This document shows, piece after piece, positions 40,234 through 48,937 of a stretch of 64,000 nucleotides of DNA. Each line of letters starts with the position of its first letter. Position 1 is the stretch's first letter. Origin of the DNA: an uncultured Thermoleophilia bacterium (GTDB lineage: Bacteria > Actinomycetota > Thermoleophilia > UBA2241); contig CAVTKL010000013.1 in NCBI GenBank assembly GCA_963735345.1, positions 321,130 through 385,129 of the forward strand, given 5' to 3'. A program made the position numbers and the translations under genes. The notes under the pieces are model-generated. The model was not told the origin of the DNA. It was given only the letters and a program-made list of their open reading frames with translations, and searched no databases.

Positions 40234-41307
40234 GTGATGATCGAATCACTCGCGCGCCGGGGCATGGACTCCCTGGTCCTTTGTCAGAAGGCCAGGCAGC
40301 ACTGGCAGCGTCGCACAGAAGACGGCCGACTTGTCGAGGCGCGACGCTCTCGCTTCTATCGCAGGGCCTGGGAAGAAGCCGCGGCCGCCACGGGGGCTTC
40401 GCTCACGCATCTCGACGAGACGGTCACGGAGATCAGCGTCGGCGGCCACCGGCTCCTCGTGTCCGACAGTACGACGTCTCTGGACGATCCTGTGACGCTC
40501 CGCATCGCCGGGGACAAACCCCTCGTCTATCGGCTCCTGGGCGCACAGGGAGTACCTGTGCCTCGCCATGTCGTCTGTCCAGGAGACGATCTGTCGAGCG
40601 CTTGGCGATTCGTGTCGCGAACGCGTGAGCCCTGCGTCGTCAAGCCGGCACGCAACACGGGAAGGGGCAACGGGGTCACGGCAGGAGTGACGAGCAGACG
40701 TGGCCTGGTCGGCGCGCTGGCGCTGGCGGCCTCGTATTGCGGCGACGTCGTCATTGAAGAGCAGGTCTGGGGAGGCAACTACCGGCTCCTGTACTTCGAT
40801 GGCGAGCTCCTCGACGCTGTCCTGAGGTGCCCTCCGGTCGTACGTGGCGACGGCATCCACACCCTTAGGGAGCTGATCGCCGCTGAAAACCGAGACAGGA
40901 TGCGCGGGGGGATCGAGACGAGTCAGACCCTTCTTCCTCTCGACCGGGAGCTCCGCAAGACCTTACGGGAGAGCAGCTTCCGGCTGCGTTCGGTCCCGCC
41001 CGCCGGTGATCTGGTGCGCCTGAAGACCGTCATCAGCGACAACCGAAGAGAGGACAATGTACCCGCCTCTCACCGCCTGTGCGCGTCGGTCGTCGAGAGC
41101 GGCGCGACTGCTGCCCGCGCGGTGGGAGCGCGGCTGGCCGGTGTGGATGTGATCACACCGGATGCCGCGGTCCCTCTCAGCGAGTGCGGGGGCGCGATCA
41201 TCGAAGTCAACACGACGCCGGGTCACTACTTCCACTATGCGGAAAGGTCAGACCCGGGCGCGGTGGCGCGAATGATCCTGGAACGACTCGCCGGGAGCGC
41301 CACGTAG
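40234..41307 (+). CDS. ATP-grasp family ligase (RimK/cyanophycin-synthetase-like)
   Basis: ATP-grasp core (CVVKPARNTGRGNGV, EEQVWGGNYRLLYFDGEL, IIEVNTTPG). Confidence 0.7.
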   Translation: MMIESLARRGMDSLVLCQKARQHWQRRTEDGRLVEARRSRFYRRAWEEAAAATGASLTHLDETVTEISVGGHRLLVSDSTTSLDDPVTLRIAGDKPLVYRLLGAQGVPVPRHVVCPGDDLSSAWRFVSRTREPCVVKPARNTGRGNGVTAGVTSRRGLVGALALAASYCGDVVIEEQVWGGNYRLLYFDGELLDAVLRCPPVVRGDGIHTLRELIAAENRDRMRGGIETSQTLLPLDRELRKTLRESSFRLRSVPPAGDLVRLKTVISDNRREDNVPASHRLCASVVESGATAARAVGARLAGVDVITPDAAVPLSECGGAIIEVNTTPGHYFHYAERSDPGAVARMILERLAGSAT

Positions 41308-41403
41308 GGCAGGCGCCGATGCCTGGGCAAGAGTGACCCGCACGCCGATGCGCGGAGCGCGCGCCGGACCCACCCGCCCAAGCCACAGGAGGTGTGACGA
41401 CAG

Positions 41404-42501
41404 ATGGAGACGCCAGTGATCCTGATCGACGCGGACGCTCTCACCGCCCACGTCGCGAAGCTCCTTCACGCCGCTGGAGTCGGCGTTGAGGATGCGCGCT
41501 TCTGTGCCGAATGCCTTGTCCAGACGAGTCTCTGGGGCAAGGATTCCCATGGTGTGATGCGAGTCCCGCACTACATGAAGCGGCTGGGAAGCGGCGCCCT
41601 GAACCCGAGACCAACGCCTCAGATCGTTCGCGGCGCGGGCGCCCTGGAAGTCATGGATGCCGACAATGGCCCCGGGCACCTCGCCGGCAGGGACGCCATG
41701 CTGCGCGCCATCTCGCTGGCGGAGATCCACAACGTCGGCGTCGTCGGCGTCGTCAAGAGCAATCACTTCGGAGCGGCCGCCGTCTTCGCGCGCCTCGCTG
41801 CAGAGCGCGACATGGTCGGTATCGCGATGACCAACTCCGTCCCCAAGGTCATCGCGCCGGGGGGGGCGAAGCCGATCACCGGCAGCAACCCGATCGCCAT
41901 CGCGGTGCCCACCCATGGCGACTTCCCGTTCCTGCTCGACATGTCGCTCTCTGCCGTAGCTGGCGGCCGCCTGCTGCTGGCCGCTCAGAGCGGCGAGCGA
42001 ATCCCCACCGACTGGGCGACCGACGCGCAGGGTCAGCCGACGGACGACCCAGCCAAGGCCTTCGCCGGACTCTGGCTGCCTATGGGAGGCGTCAAGGGCC
42101 TCGGGCTGTCCTACGCCGTCGACATCCTCTGTGGCCTCATCACCGGAGGAGCCTTCGGGCTGGGCATGAAGAGCCAATACTCCAACCCGACCGAGCCGAG
42201 CGGGACCGGCCACATGATGATCGCCATCAACGTCGCCGCGATCATGGACAGGGACGAGCTCCGCGAGCGCATGGCGGAGTTCTGCTCGGCGATCAAGTCA
42301 TCGCCGATGCGCGACCCCTCTCTGGAGATGCTCATCCCCGGAGAGCGTGCTCACCGGACCGCGGAGCAACGCCGGTCACACGGGATCCCGCTCTCGCCCG
42401 ACCTCTACGACGAACTGCTGGCTCTCGGCGCCGCATTCGATATCTCCACGACACTCGCCCCGCTGCCGCAGCGCGCCTTTGACGAAGATGGACCGGCGTG
42501 A
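41404..42501 (+). CDS. Ldh_2 family oxidoreductase (malate/L-sulfolactate/ureidoglycolate dehydrogenase family)
   Basis: GKDSHG and SNHFGAAA motifs typical of the Ldh_2 family. Confidence 0.75.
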   Translation: METPVILIDADALTAHVAKLLHAAGVGVEDARFCAECLVQTSLWGKDSHGVMRVPHYMKRLGSGALNPRPTPQIVRGAGALEVMDADNGPGHLAGRDAMLRAISLAEIHNVGVVGVVKSNHFGAAAVFARLAAERDMVGIAMTNSVPKVIAPGGAKPITGSNPIAIAVPTHGDFPFLLDMSLSAVAGGRLLLAAQSGERIPTDWATDAQGQPTDDPAKAFAGLWLPMGGVKGLGLSYAVDILCGLITGGAFGLGMKSQYSNPTEPSGTGHMMIAINVAAIMDRDELRERMAEFCSAIKSSPMRDPSLEMLIPGERAHRTAEQRRSHGIPLSPDLYDELLALGAAFDISTTLAPLPQRAFDEDGPA

Positions 42502-43794
42502 GGGCTGATCTGCCGAGGCAGCTGTCAGACGTTGGATCAGGTGCCTGCCCACGCGCCCGAAGAAACGCGACGCAGCGACAGCGGAGGGCATAGGGTCGTC
42601 CCAGCGGAAGTACGGAAGGACCTGGCGGTGTGCGAGACTCCTGGCCCAAGCGAAGAGTGTGAGCTCCTTTCGTTGCCTGAGCTCGAGAAAGGCCCGGACA
42701 TCTCGCCCCGGCCACCACAGATGCAGCCCCTGCGTGTACTGCTTCCCATCGAGTGACTCGTTTGGCAGACCGACAAGCCGGCCGTAGACGAACGGCGCCA
42801 GATCGTACCCGCTCGCCACAAGAAGCATGTTCGCCGCCGTGAACCGCGCGTTGCACTCGATGACTTTCAGCTTGCCGTCCCGCTGATCGAGCTTGAACTC
42901 GACGTTGCCGAGTCCGAGAAGCCCAGCATGTTCGAAGAGGCGCAGGCCCAGGTCGCGGACCTCGGGGATCCAGTCGGTGACGTGGTAGCAGCCCATCCCC
43001 CGATTCACTGGGAAGCGGCGAACGACGCGCTTCGTGTACGCGAAGAGCGGCGTGCCCGTCTCGTCCACGTATGAGAAGAGGCTGCACAGGCGATCGTCCG
43101 GTCCAGGGATCTCTTCCAGGAGCAGAACGTCCAGACCGTGGCTCGTGGCGCGAGAGTAGGCGCTCATCAGCTCGGCGAAGTCCATGACCCTGAAGAACTT
43201 CGCGCCGAAGACGGCGACGAACTTGTGTGAGTAGAGCGGTTTGACCAGCAACGGGTAGACGAACTCGTCCTTCTGGGCCTCCAGATGCTCTACGCTGTCG
43301 GCCGTCCAGAACAGAGGCGTGTCGAGTCCGGCCTCGCGCGACACCCGATAGGTGGACAGCTTGTTGAGAAAGCAGCGCTGAGCCGACGGGTCGGAGATAT
43401 CCAGCACGAACTTGTCAGCCAGTCGCTCCCGGTGCTCCAGAATGATCTCGATGCCGGCGTCACTGCAAGCTAGAAGGACGGCTCCTCGCAGTGGCTCCGA
43501 CTCCTGCCCGAGCAGGTATCGAGCCCAGGCGTCCTGAGGCCGAACATCCTGTGGCAGACGGATGAATCGCGCGTGTCTCGAATACGCGTCCGAGGTACCG
43601 GGGTTTCCCAGCAGGTACACCCCGATGCCCCGCTGGCCGAGGCTTCGCGCGACCGACAGGGCATTGGCCTCTGACCCCCCCAGAAGGATGGCCGGAGGAA
43701 GGCCGCGGCTGCCATTCAATTGGCCACGGTACGGAGTGCGTGGAGTCTGCATCGTCGGCCGCTCTCCGCCGTGGTCTGTCTGCGCCGTATCCAT
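42376..43794 (-). CDS. ATP-grasp domain protein (carboxylate-amine ligase-like)
   Basis: ATP-grasp fold motifs (YPLLVKP, EEIPGPDD, KVIECNARF). Start is uncertain (M at 43794 or 43752). The 3' end overlaps the convergent Ldh_2 gene by 126 nt. Confidence 0.6.
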   Translation of the reverse strand: MDTAQTDHGGERPTMQTPRTPYRGQLNGSRGLPPAILLGGSEANALSVARSLGQRGIGVYLLGNPGTSDAYSRHARFIRLPQDVRPQDAWARYLLGQESEPLRGAVLLACSDAGIEIILEHRERLADKFVLDISDPSAQRCFLNKLSTYRVSREAGLDTPLFWTADSVEHLEAQKDEFVYPLLVKPLYSHKFVAVFGAKFFRVMDFAELMSAYSRATSHGLDVLLLEEIPGPDDRLCSLFSYVDETGTPLFAYTKRVVRRFPVNRGMGCYHVTDWIPEVRDLGLRLFEHAGLLGLGNVEFKLDQRDGKLKVIECNARFTAANMLLVASGYDLAPFVYGRLVGLPNESLDGKQYTQGLHLWWPGRDVRAFLELRQRKELTLFAWARSLAHRQVLPYFRWDDPMPSAVAASRFFGRVGRHLIQRLTAASADQPSRRSIFVKGALRQRGECRGDIECGAESQQFVVEVGRERDPV

Positions 43795-44187
43795 TTCGAT
43801 GACGACCCCCTGCGGCCCCTCGACCGGGAAGGTCGACCGGAGCGTACGACTTCCTGGCCGACCCGCCGTGAGTACGGTCGAGTCCGACCCGGGCGACCCG
43901 TCGAGCGCCGGGCGCGCCCGTCGTGCGCCGTCCGCGGCACCCACTGTCGCGGGAGTCTACTCCAATCCCCTCCAGCCGGCGACGGGCGCGTGCTCGGCCT
44001 CGCCGATGACGTCGTCGCAGTCCTGGACTCTTGGTCGGGTCCCCTCCACTTTCCAGCCGCCGCCGTGCCAGAGTAGACTGTCTCGGGCTACGCCGAGTAC
44101 GGCGTCGTCGAACTCAGCCAGCCGCGACCGAGCCCAATGAGGGCTGGCCTCGGCTACTCCTCAGCAACGGGCGAAGAGAGGCCGAAG

Positions 44188-45216
44188 CACATGTCTGAGC
44201 CACTCCGTATCGGCATCGTCGGTCTTGGCAAGATGGGCGGCATCCGCGCCACGACGGTCCGCCAGAACGACGACACGGTCCTGATCTCGGGCACTGACCC
44301 AGCCCCACCGGCGAGGGGCTTCGGCGACCTGCGTCTCTTGCCGGACTACAAGGCGGTCATCGACTCCGACGTCGATGCGGTGTTCGTCTGCACGCCCAAC
44401 CGCTTCATCCCCGAGGTCGCGATCGCCGCCCTGGATGCCGGCAAGCACGTCTTCTGCGAGAAACCGCCCGGCCGCACGATGGACGACATCGAGCACATCA
44501 TGGCTGCCGAGACACGCAACCCCGGCCGCGTCCTCAAGATCGGCTTCAACCACCGGTACCACTTCGGCATCATGGAGGCGAAGCGCATCGTCGAGAGCGG
44601 CAAGTACGGCAGGATCCTGTGGATGCGTGGCATCTACGGCAAGGGGCAAGGATCCGCGGGCTATCCCAACGAGTGGCGCCGCGATCCCGCCGTATCCGGC
44701 GGAGGAATACTTCTCGACCAGGGGATCCACATGCTCGATCTGTTCCGGCACTTCAGCGGAGAGTTCACTGAGATCAAGAGCATGTGCGCAACGTCCTTCG
44801 GGGACGCTCCCTTGGAAGACAACGCCTTCGCCCTGCTGCGAAGCGAGCAGGGATGCGTCGCCATGCTGCACAGTTCCGCAACGCAATGGAAACACCGATT
44901 CACCATTGAGATCTGCATGGAGAATGGCTACGTGGTCGTGGACGGCATGCCCTCCTCCACGCGCAGCTACCGAGACGAATGGCTCATCGAAGGCGAACGA
45001 TCCGGAGGATTCGCGATCGGCAACCCGCCCGAGAAGTCCACGTTCTGCAACACTGACCCGTCGTGGGACCTCGAACTCGTCGAGTTCGTCGACTGCATCC
45101 GCCGCGGTCAACCGACCCGCTATGGCACCTCCCGAGACGCCTTCGAGACGATGCGGCTCGTGTTCGGCATCTATGCTGCCGATACGGGGTTCGTCGAGCC
45201 ACCAGCGACGCCATAG
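44188..45216 (+). CDS. Gfo/Idh/MocA family NAD(P)-dependent oxidoreductase
   Basis: RIGIVGLGKMGG Rossmann motif and EKP motif (VFCEKPPGR). SD GAGAGG. Confidence 0.8.
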   Translation, partial: HMSEPLRIGIVGLGKMGGIRATTVRQNDDTVLISGTDPAPPARGFGDLRLLPDYKAVIDSDVDAVFVCTPNRFIPEVAIAALDAGKHVFCEKPPGRTMDDIEHIMAAETRNPGRVLKIGFNHRYHFGIMEAKRIVESGKYGRILWMRGIYGKGQGSAGYPNEWRRDPAVSGGGILLDQGIHMLDLFRHFSGEFTEIKSMCATSFGDAPLEDNAFALLRSEQGCVAMLHSSATQWKHRFTIEICMENGYVVVDGMPSSTRSYRDEWLIEGERSGGFAIGNPPEKSTFCNTDPSWDLELVEFVDCIRRGQPTRYGTSRDAFETMRLVFGIYAADTGFVEPPATP

Positions 45217-45244
45217 CGAACGCTCCAGGCGAGGAGAGCCCACG

Positions 45245-46198
45245 AAGGATCACACGCCGATCGCCGTCACCTCACGCTCCTTCTCGCGACACCCGATCCT
45301 GCGGGCGGAGCTGATGGAGAGGTACTCGGACATCCGCTTCAACGACGAGGGCTTGGCTCTCGGCGGCGCGGCGCTGGTGGAGTTCGCGCGCGGCCGCCGC
45401 AAGCTGATCACCGCGCTCGAACGTATCGATGAGACCGTGCTCGCCGCGCTGCCCGAGCTTGAAGTGATCAGCAAGTACGGGGTCGGTACCGACATGCTCG
45501 ACAAGCGCGCCATGGCCCGACACGGCGTCCGCCTGGGATGGACCGGCGGCGTCAACAAGCGCTCGGTCACTGAGCTCGCGATCGCCTTCATGCTCTCGCT
45601 GCTTCACGAGGTGCCGCTGGCCAATCGGGAACTGGCAGCTGGCACCTGGAAGAACCGTCAGGGGCGAGAGCTCTCTGGTCGCGTCGTCGGCATCGTCGGC
45701 TGCGGAAGCATCGGCAAGGACCTCGCACCTCTCCTGCGCGCGTTCGGGTGCACGGTCCTGGCCCATGACATCCTCGACTTCCCGGAGTTCTACGCAGCCA
45801 ATCAAGTGGAGCCGGTCGGGCTCGAGGAACTCCTGCAGCGATCGGACGTCGTGACCCTGCACGTGCCGCTGGACGACAGCACGCGCAACATGCTGAACGC
45901 CGGAAGGCTTCGTCTGCTGAAGCCCGAGGCGGTGCTCATCAACACGGCCCGCGGCGGCCTTGTCGACGAGGTGGCCCTCAAAGCCATGCTGGCGGAGGGC
46001 CGCATCGGCGGGGCGGCGTTCGATGTGTTCGCGACAGAGCCGCCCGAGGATCTCGAATTGCTCCGCTTGCCCAACTTCCTCGCCACGCCGCACATCGGCG
46101 GCAGTTCTCAGGAGGCGGTGCTGGCGATGGGCCGCGCGGCGATCAGGGGACTGGACGACAACAGGCCGCCGACCGACGGTGCCGGGGCCATGGACTGA
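45245..46198 (+). CDS. D-isomer-specific 2-hydroxyacid dehydrogenase (PGDH-like)
   Basis: GIVGCGSIGKD NAD motif and catalytic His region (PHIGGSS). No canonical start codon between the upstream stop (45216) and the conserved N-terminus, so the start coordinate is approximate. Confidence 0.7.
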   Translation, partial: KDHTPIAVTSRSFSRHPILRAELMERYSDIRFNDEGLALGGAALVEFARGRRKLITALERIDETVLAALPELEVISKYGVGTDMLDKRAMARHGVRLGWTGGVNKRSVTELAIAFMLSLLHEVPLANRELAAGTWKNRQGRELSGRVVGIVGCGSIGKDLAPLLRAFGCTVLAHDILDFPEFYAANQVEPVGLEELLQRSDVVTLHVPLDDSTRNMLNAGRLRLLKPEAVLINTARGGLVDEVALKAMLAEGRIGGAAFDVFATEPPEDLELLRLPNFLATPHIGGSSQEAVLAMGRAAIRGLDDNRPPTDGAGAMD

Positions 46199-46208
46199 TG
46201 GAGTAGCG

Positions 46209-47003
46209 ATGAGAAAGAACACCGTGAAAGAGATCTGGGCACGCGGCGGAGCCGTGATCAACGGCTGGTGCTCGATCCCCAGCTCGTTCTCCGCTGAGAT
46301 CATGGCCCATCAAGGCTTCGACTCGATCACCATCGATATGCAGCACGGATTGGTGGACTACCAGGTCGCAGTCACGATGCTGCAGGCCATCTCGACGACG
46401 CCGGTCATCCCACTCACCCGGGTGCCGTGGAGTGACCCGGCCCGACTCATGAAAGTCCTTGATGCGGGCTCGTACGGGGTGATCTGCCCGATGATCAACA
46501 CCCGGGAGGATGCCGAGGCCTTGGTGGCTGCGTGCAAGTACCCGCCGAGAGGCTTCCGCAGCTTCGGCCCTATCCGGGCGAAGTACTACGGCGGCGGCGG
46601 CACGCACGGCGGCGGCGACTACCACCACTTCGCCGACGAGGAGACGCTCGTCATCCCGCAGATCGAGACTCGTCAGGCCATCAGCAATCTCGACGAGATC
46701 CTCGAGGTCCCAGGCATCAGCGCGATCTACATAGGACCGTCGGATCTCTCCATGGCGCTGGGCAAGGAGCCACGCGCAGGGCAAAGCGACCCGGAGGTGC
46801 GGGAGGCGATGCGGACCATCCTCGCCGCCGCCAAGCGTCACGGTATCCCAGCCGGCATCCACACCAACTCAGTGGGGGTCGCCGTGGAGATGATCAAGCA
46901 GGGCTTCCAGCTGACCTCCTTGCAGAGCGACGACCGCTTCCTCATGGCGGCGGCGAAGGCCGAGGTGGAGGCAGTACGCAAGGGCCTCGGCGAGGACAGC
47001 TGA
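46209..47003 (+). CDS. HpcH/HpaI family class II pyruvate aldolase
   Basis: Characteristic HpcH/HpaI-fold regions (VINGWCSIPSSFSAEIM, IPQIETRQAI, IYIGPSDLS). SD GGAG. Confidence 0.75.
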   Translation: MRKNTVKEIWARGGAVINGWCSIPSSFSAEIMAHQGFDSITIDMQHGLVDYQVAVTMLQAISTTPVIPLTRVPWSDPARLMKVLDAGSYGVICPMINTREDAEALVAACKYPPRGFRSFGPIRAKYYGGGGTHGGGDYHHFADEETLVIPQIETRQAISNLDEILEVPGISAIYIGPSDLSMALGKEPRAGQSDPEVREAMRTILAAAKRHGIPAGIHTNSVGVAVEMIKQGFQLTSLQSDDRFLMAAAKAEVEAVRKGLGEDS

Positions 47004-47014
47004 AGGAGGCCCCG

Positions 47015-47635
47015 ATGACGTTCCCTGACACCAGGTTCGCCGACGCTGGTGACTACGCAGACGCCTACTTCGAGCACATTCGCGAGGCCGCGGCCTCTGT
47101 CGACGGAGCCAAGCTTCAAGCGGCGGCCGTCATCCTCACACAGGTCCACCGTCACGGCGGCATGGTCTACTCCTGCGGTAATGGAGGGTCAGCGGCCATC
47201 GCCAACCACCTGGTCTGCGACCACTGCAAGCTGGTGCGCACCGACACGGACCTTACACCGCGCATCTACTCGCTCAGCTCCACCATCGAGCTCATCACCG
47301 CCATCGGCAACGACCTGTCGTACGACGAGGTGTTCGTGTACCAGCTGAAAGCGCTTGCCAAGCCCGGCGACGCACTGATCACGATCAGTTCCTCCGGTGA
47401 CTCCGAGAACGTGGTGCGTGCCTGCGGCTGGGCCAAGGAGTACGGCCTCCCCGTGATTGCGATGACGGGCTTCTCCGGTGGCCGTTCGGCGCACCTGGCG
47501 GACGTGAACCTGCACGTCGAGGCCGACAACTACGGTGTCATCGAGGACGTGCACCAGTCGCTGATGCACATCCTTGCCCAATACATCCGGCAAGCGCACA
47601 TGGACGAGGCGCTCGTCGAGAGACGTACGTTCTGA
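47015..47635 (+). CDS. SIS-domain phosphoheptose isomerase (GmhA-like)
   Basis: GNGGSAAIANHL and ISSSGDSENV motifs match GmhA. SD AAGGAGG. Confidence 0.75.
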   Translation: MTFPDTRFADAGDYADAYFEHIREAAASVDGAKLQAAAVILTQVHRHGGMVYSCGNGGSAAIANHLVCDHCKLVRTDTDLTPRIYSLSSTIELITAIGNDLSYDEVFVYQLKALAKPGDALITISSSGDSENVVRACGWAKEYGLPVIAMTGFSGGRSAHLADVNLHVEADNYGVIEDVHQSLMHILAQYIRQAHMDEALVERRTF

Positions 47636-47769
47636 CCCGGACTCGATTCGCCAACCGCCCCCAGATGGACCTGTCGACTCGCCCCATAGCTGAGACCCCG
47701 CGCACTCGAACGAGCGCCCAGCGCCCCACTGAGGAGACTCGGTCAGCGACGGACTCCCGCGTCCTGCAC

Positions 47770-48790
47770 ATGCCCGATCTGGGGAGCACGGTGTACCTCC
47801 ATCATGTTCCCGACTGGGCCGCCGAAGCACTTCCCGACCTGTACCAGAGCTGCTACGCGGTCCAGGACTACTTCCTTGAGGACGACCCATCGAGGAACAT
47901 GAGCACCTGTGTCCTGGAGGACCCACGACACATCGTGGTGTTCGCCGTGGATGGCCGAACGGTTGTCGTGCAGAATCGGCTGTTCGATATCGACCCCAGG
48001 TCTGCGTCTCGTGTGATCCGCTCGATCTTCCGCGCGCTTCCCCGCGTTCGCCGCGATCCTGATGAACCGGTCGAAACTCGACCTCAGTGCGATGCCCCAC
48101 CCAAGTCGGGTCATTGAGACAGCTTCAAACATGGTCGTCGCCCTGCCGGACGACCTCGAGAAGTACCTCGCGGGCTTGGGCAGGACGCGTCAGAACCTGC
48201 GCAGGTACTTCAGGCGGTTCGCGACGTCCTTCCCGACGTACACCTTCAGCACGCTTAGGTCCAGCGAGATCGACCACGCCTTCGTCCACCGCATGGTCGA
48301 GATGAACCGTCAGCGCATGGCAAGCAAGGGCTGGGTCAGCTCGTATCGCGACGAGGACGAAGCCTTCCTCTTGGAGCGCGCGCAACGTCATGGCTTCGCC
48401 TGCGCGATCACGATCGACGGCACGATTGTCGCGGGCACCCTCTCATCACGCGTGGGCGACCAAGTCTACCTGCACATAACGACGTTCAGCAATGAGTACT
48501 TCGAGTACCATCTTGGCTACGTCGTGCTCTTCCTGCTCGTGTCGGCGTGCATCGACGCCGGGGTGGAGAAGCTGCATTTCCTCTGGGGCAAGTCCGAGTA
48601 CAAGATGCGCTTCGGCTGCATCGAGGAGCGAGTCCACGATGGGTTCGTCTATCGTTCGTGGATCTGGTGGGCCCTGAGCATGGACGACATCGCGAAGCGA
48701 ACCCGCTGGCGCTGGCGCACAGGACGCGCGTCCGCGATGCGCGCCGCGCTGCGACGCCGCCTGCGCCGCCTGTACCCACTGAAGCAGTAG
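47770..48790 (+). pseudogene. FemAB/CelD-like GNAT acyltransferase (Acetyltransf_6-like), one frameshift near 48040
   Basis: N-terminal half is in ORF 47665-48117 and C-terminal half in ORF 48062-48790. The two halves are in different frames. Confidence 0.5.
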
Positions 48791-48937
48791 GCCTCGAACC
48801 TGTCGAAGGCCGCCATCGCGAGGGCCCCCACCGTCCCCTGGATCCCAGGCGGGACTCAACGCTTCCAGGGACTTGTCGTACGATGTGCCACCGTGGTTAG
48901 CTGTAGCGTCGGGACACCCGACGGATGACCATCGAGT

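Noticed and set aside
44375-45240. N-terminal 290 aa of the 607-aa ORF that ends as the 2-hydroxyacid dehydrogenase
   Set aside because: This part overlaps the Gfo/Idh/MocA gene in another frame and is Ser/Ala/Arg-rich junk. Only the part from about 45245 onward is homologous to dehydrogenases.
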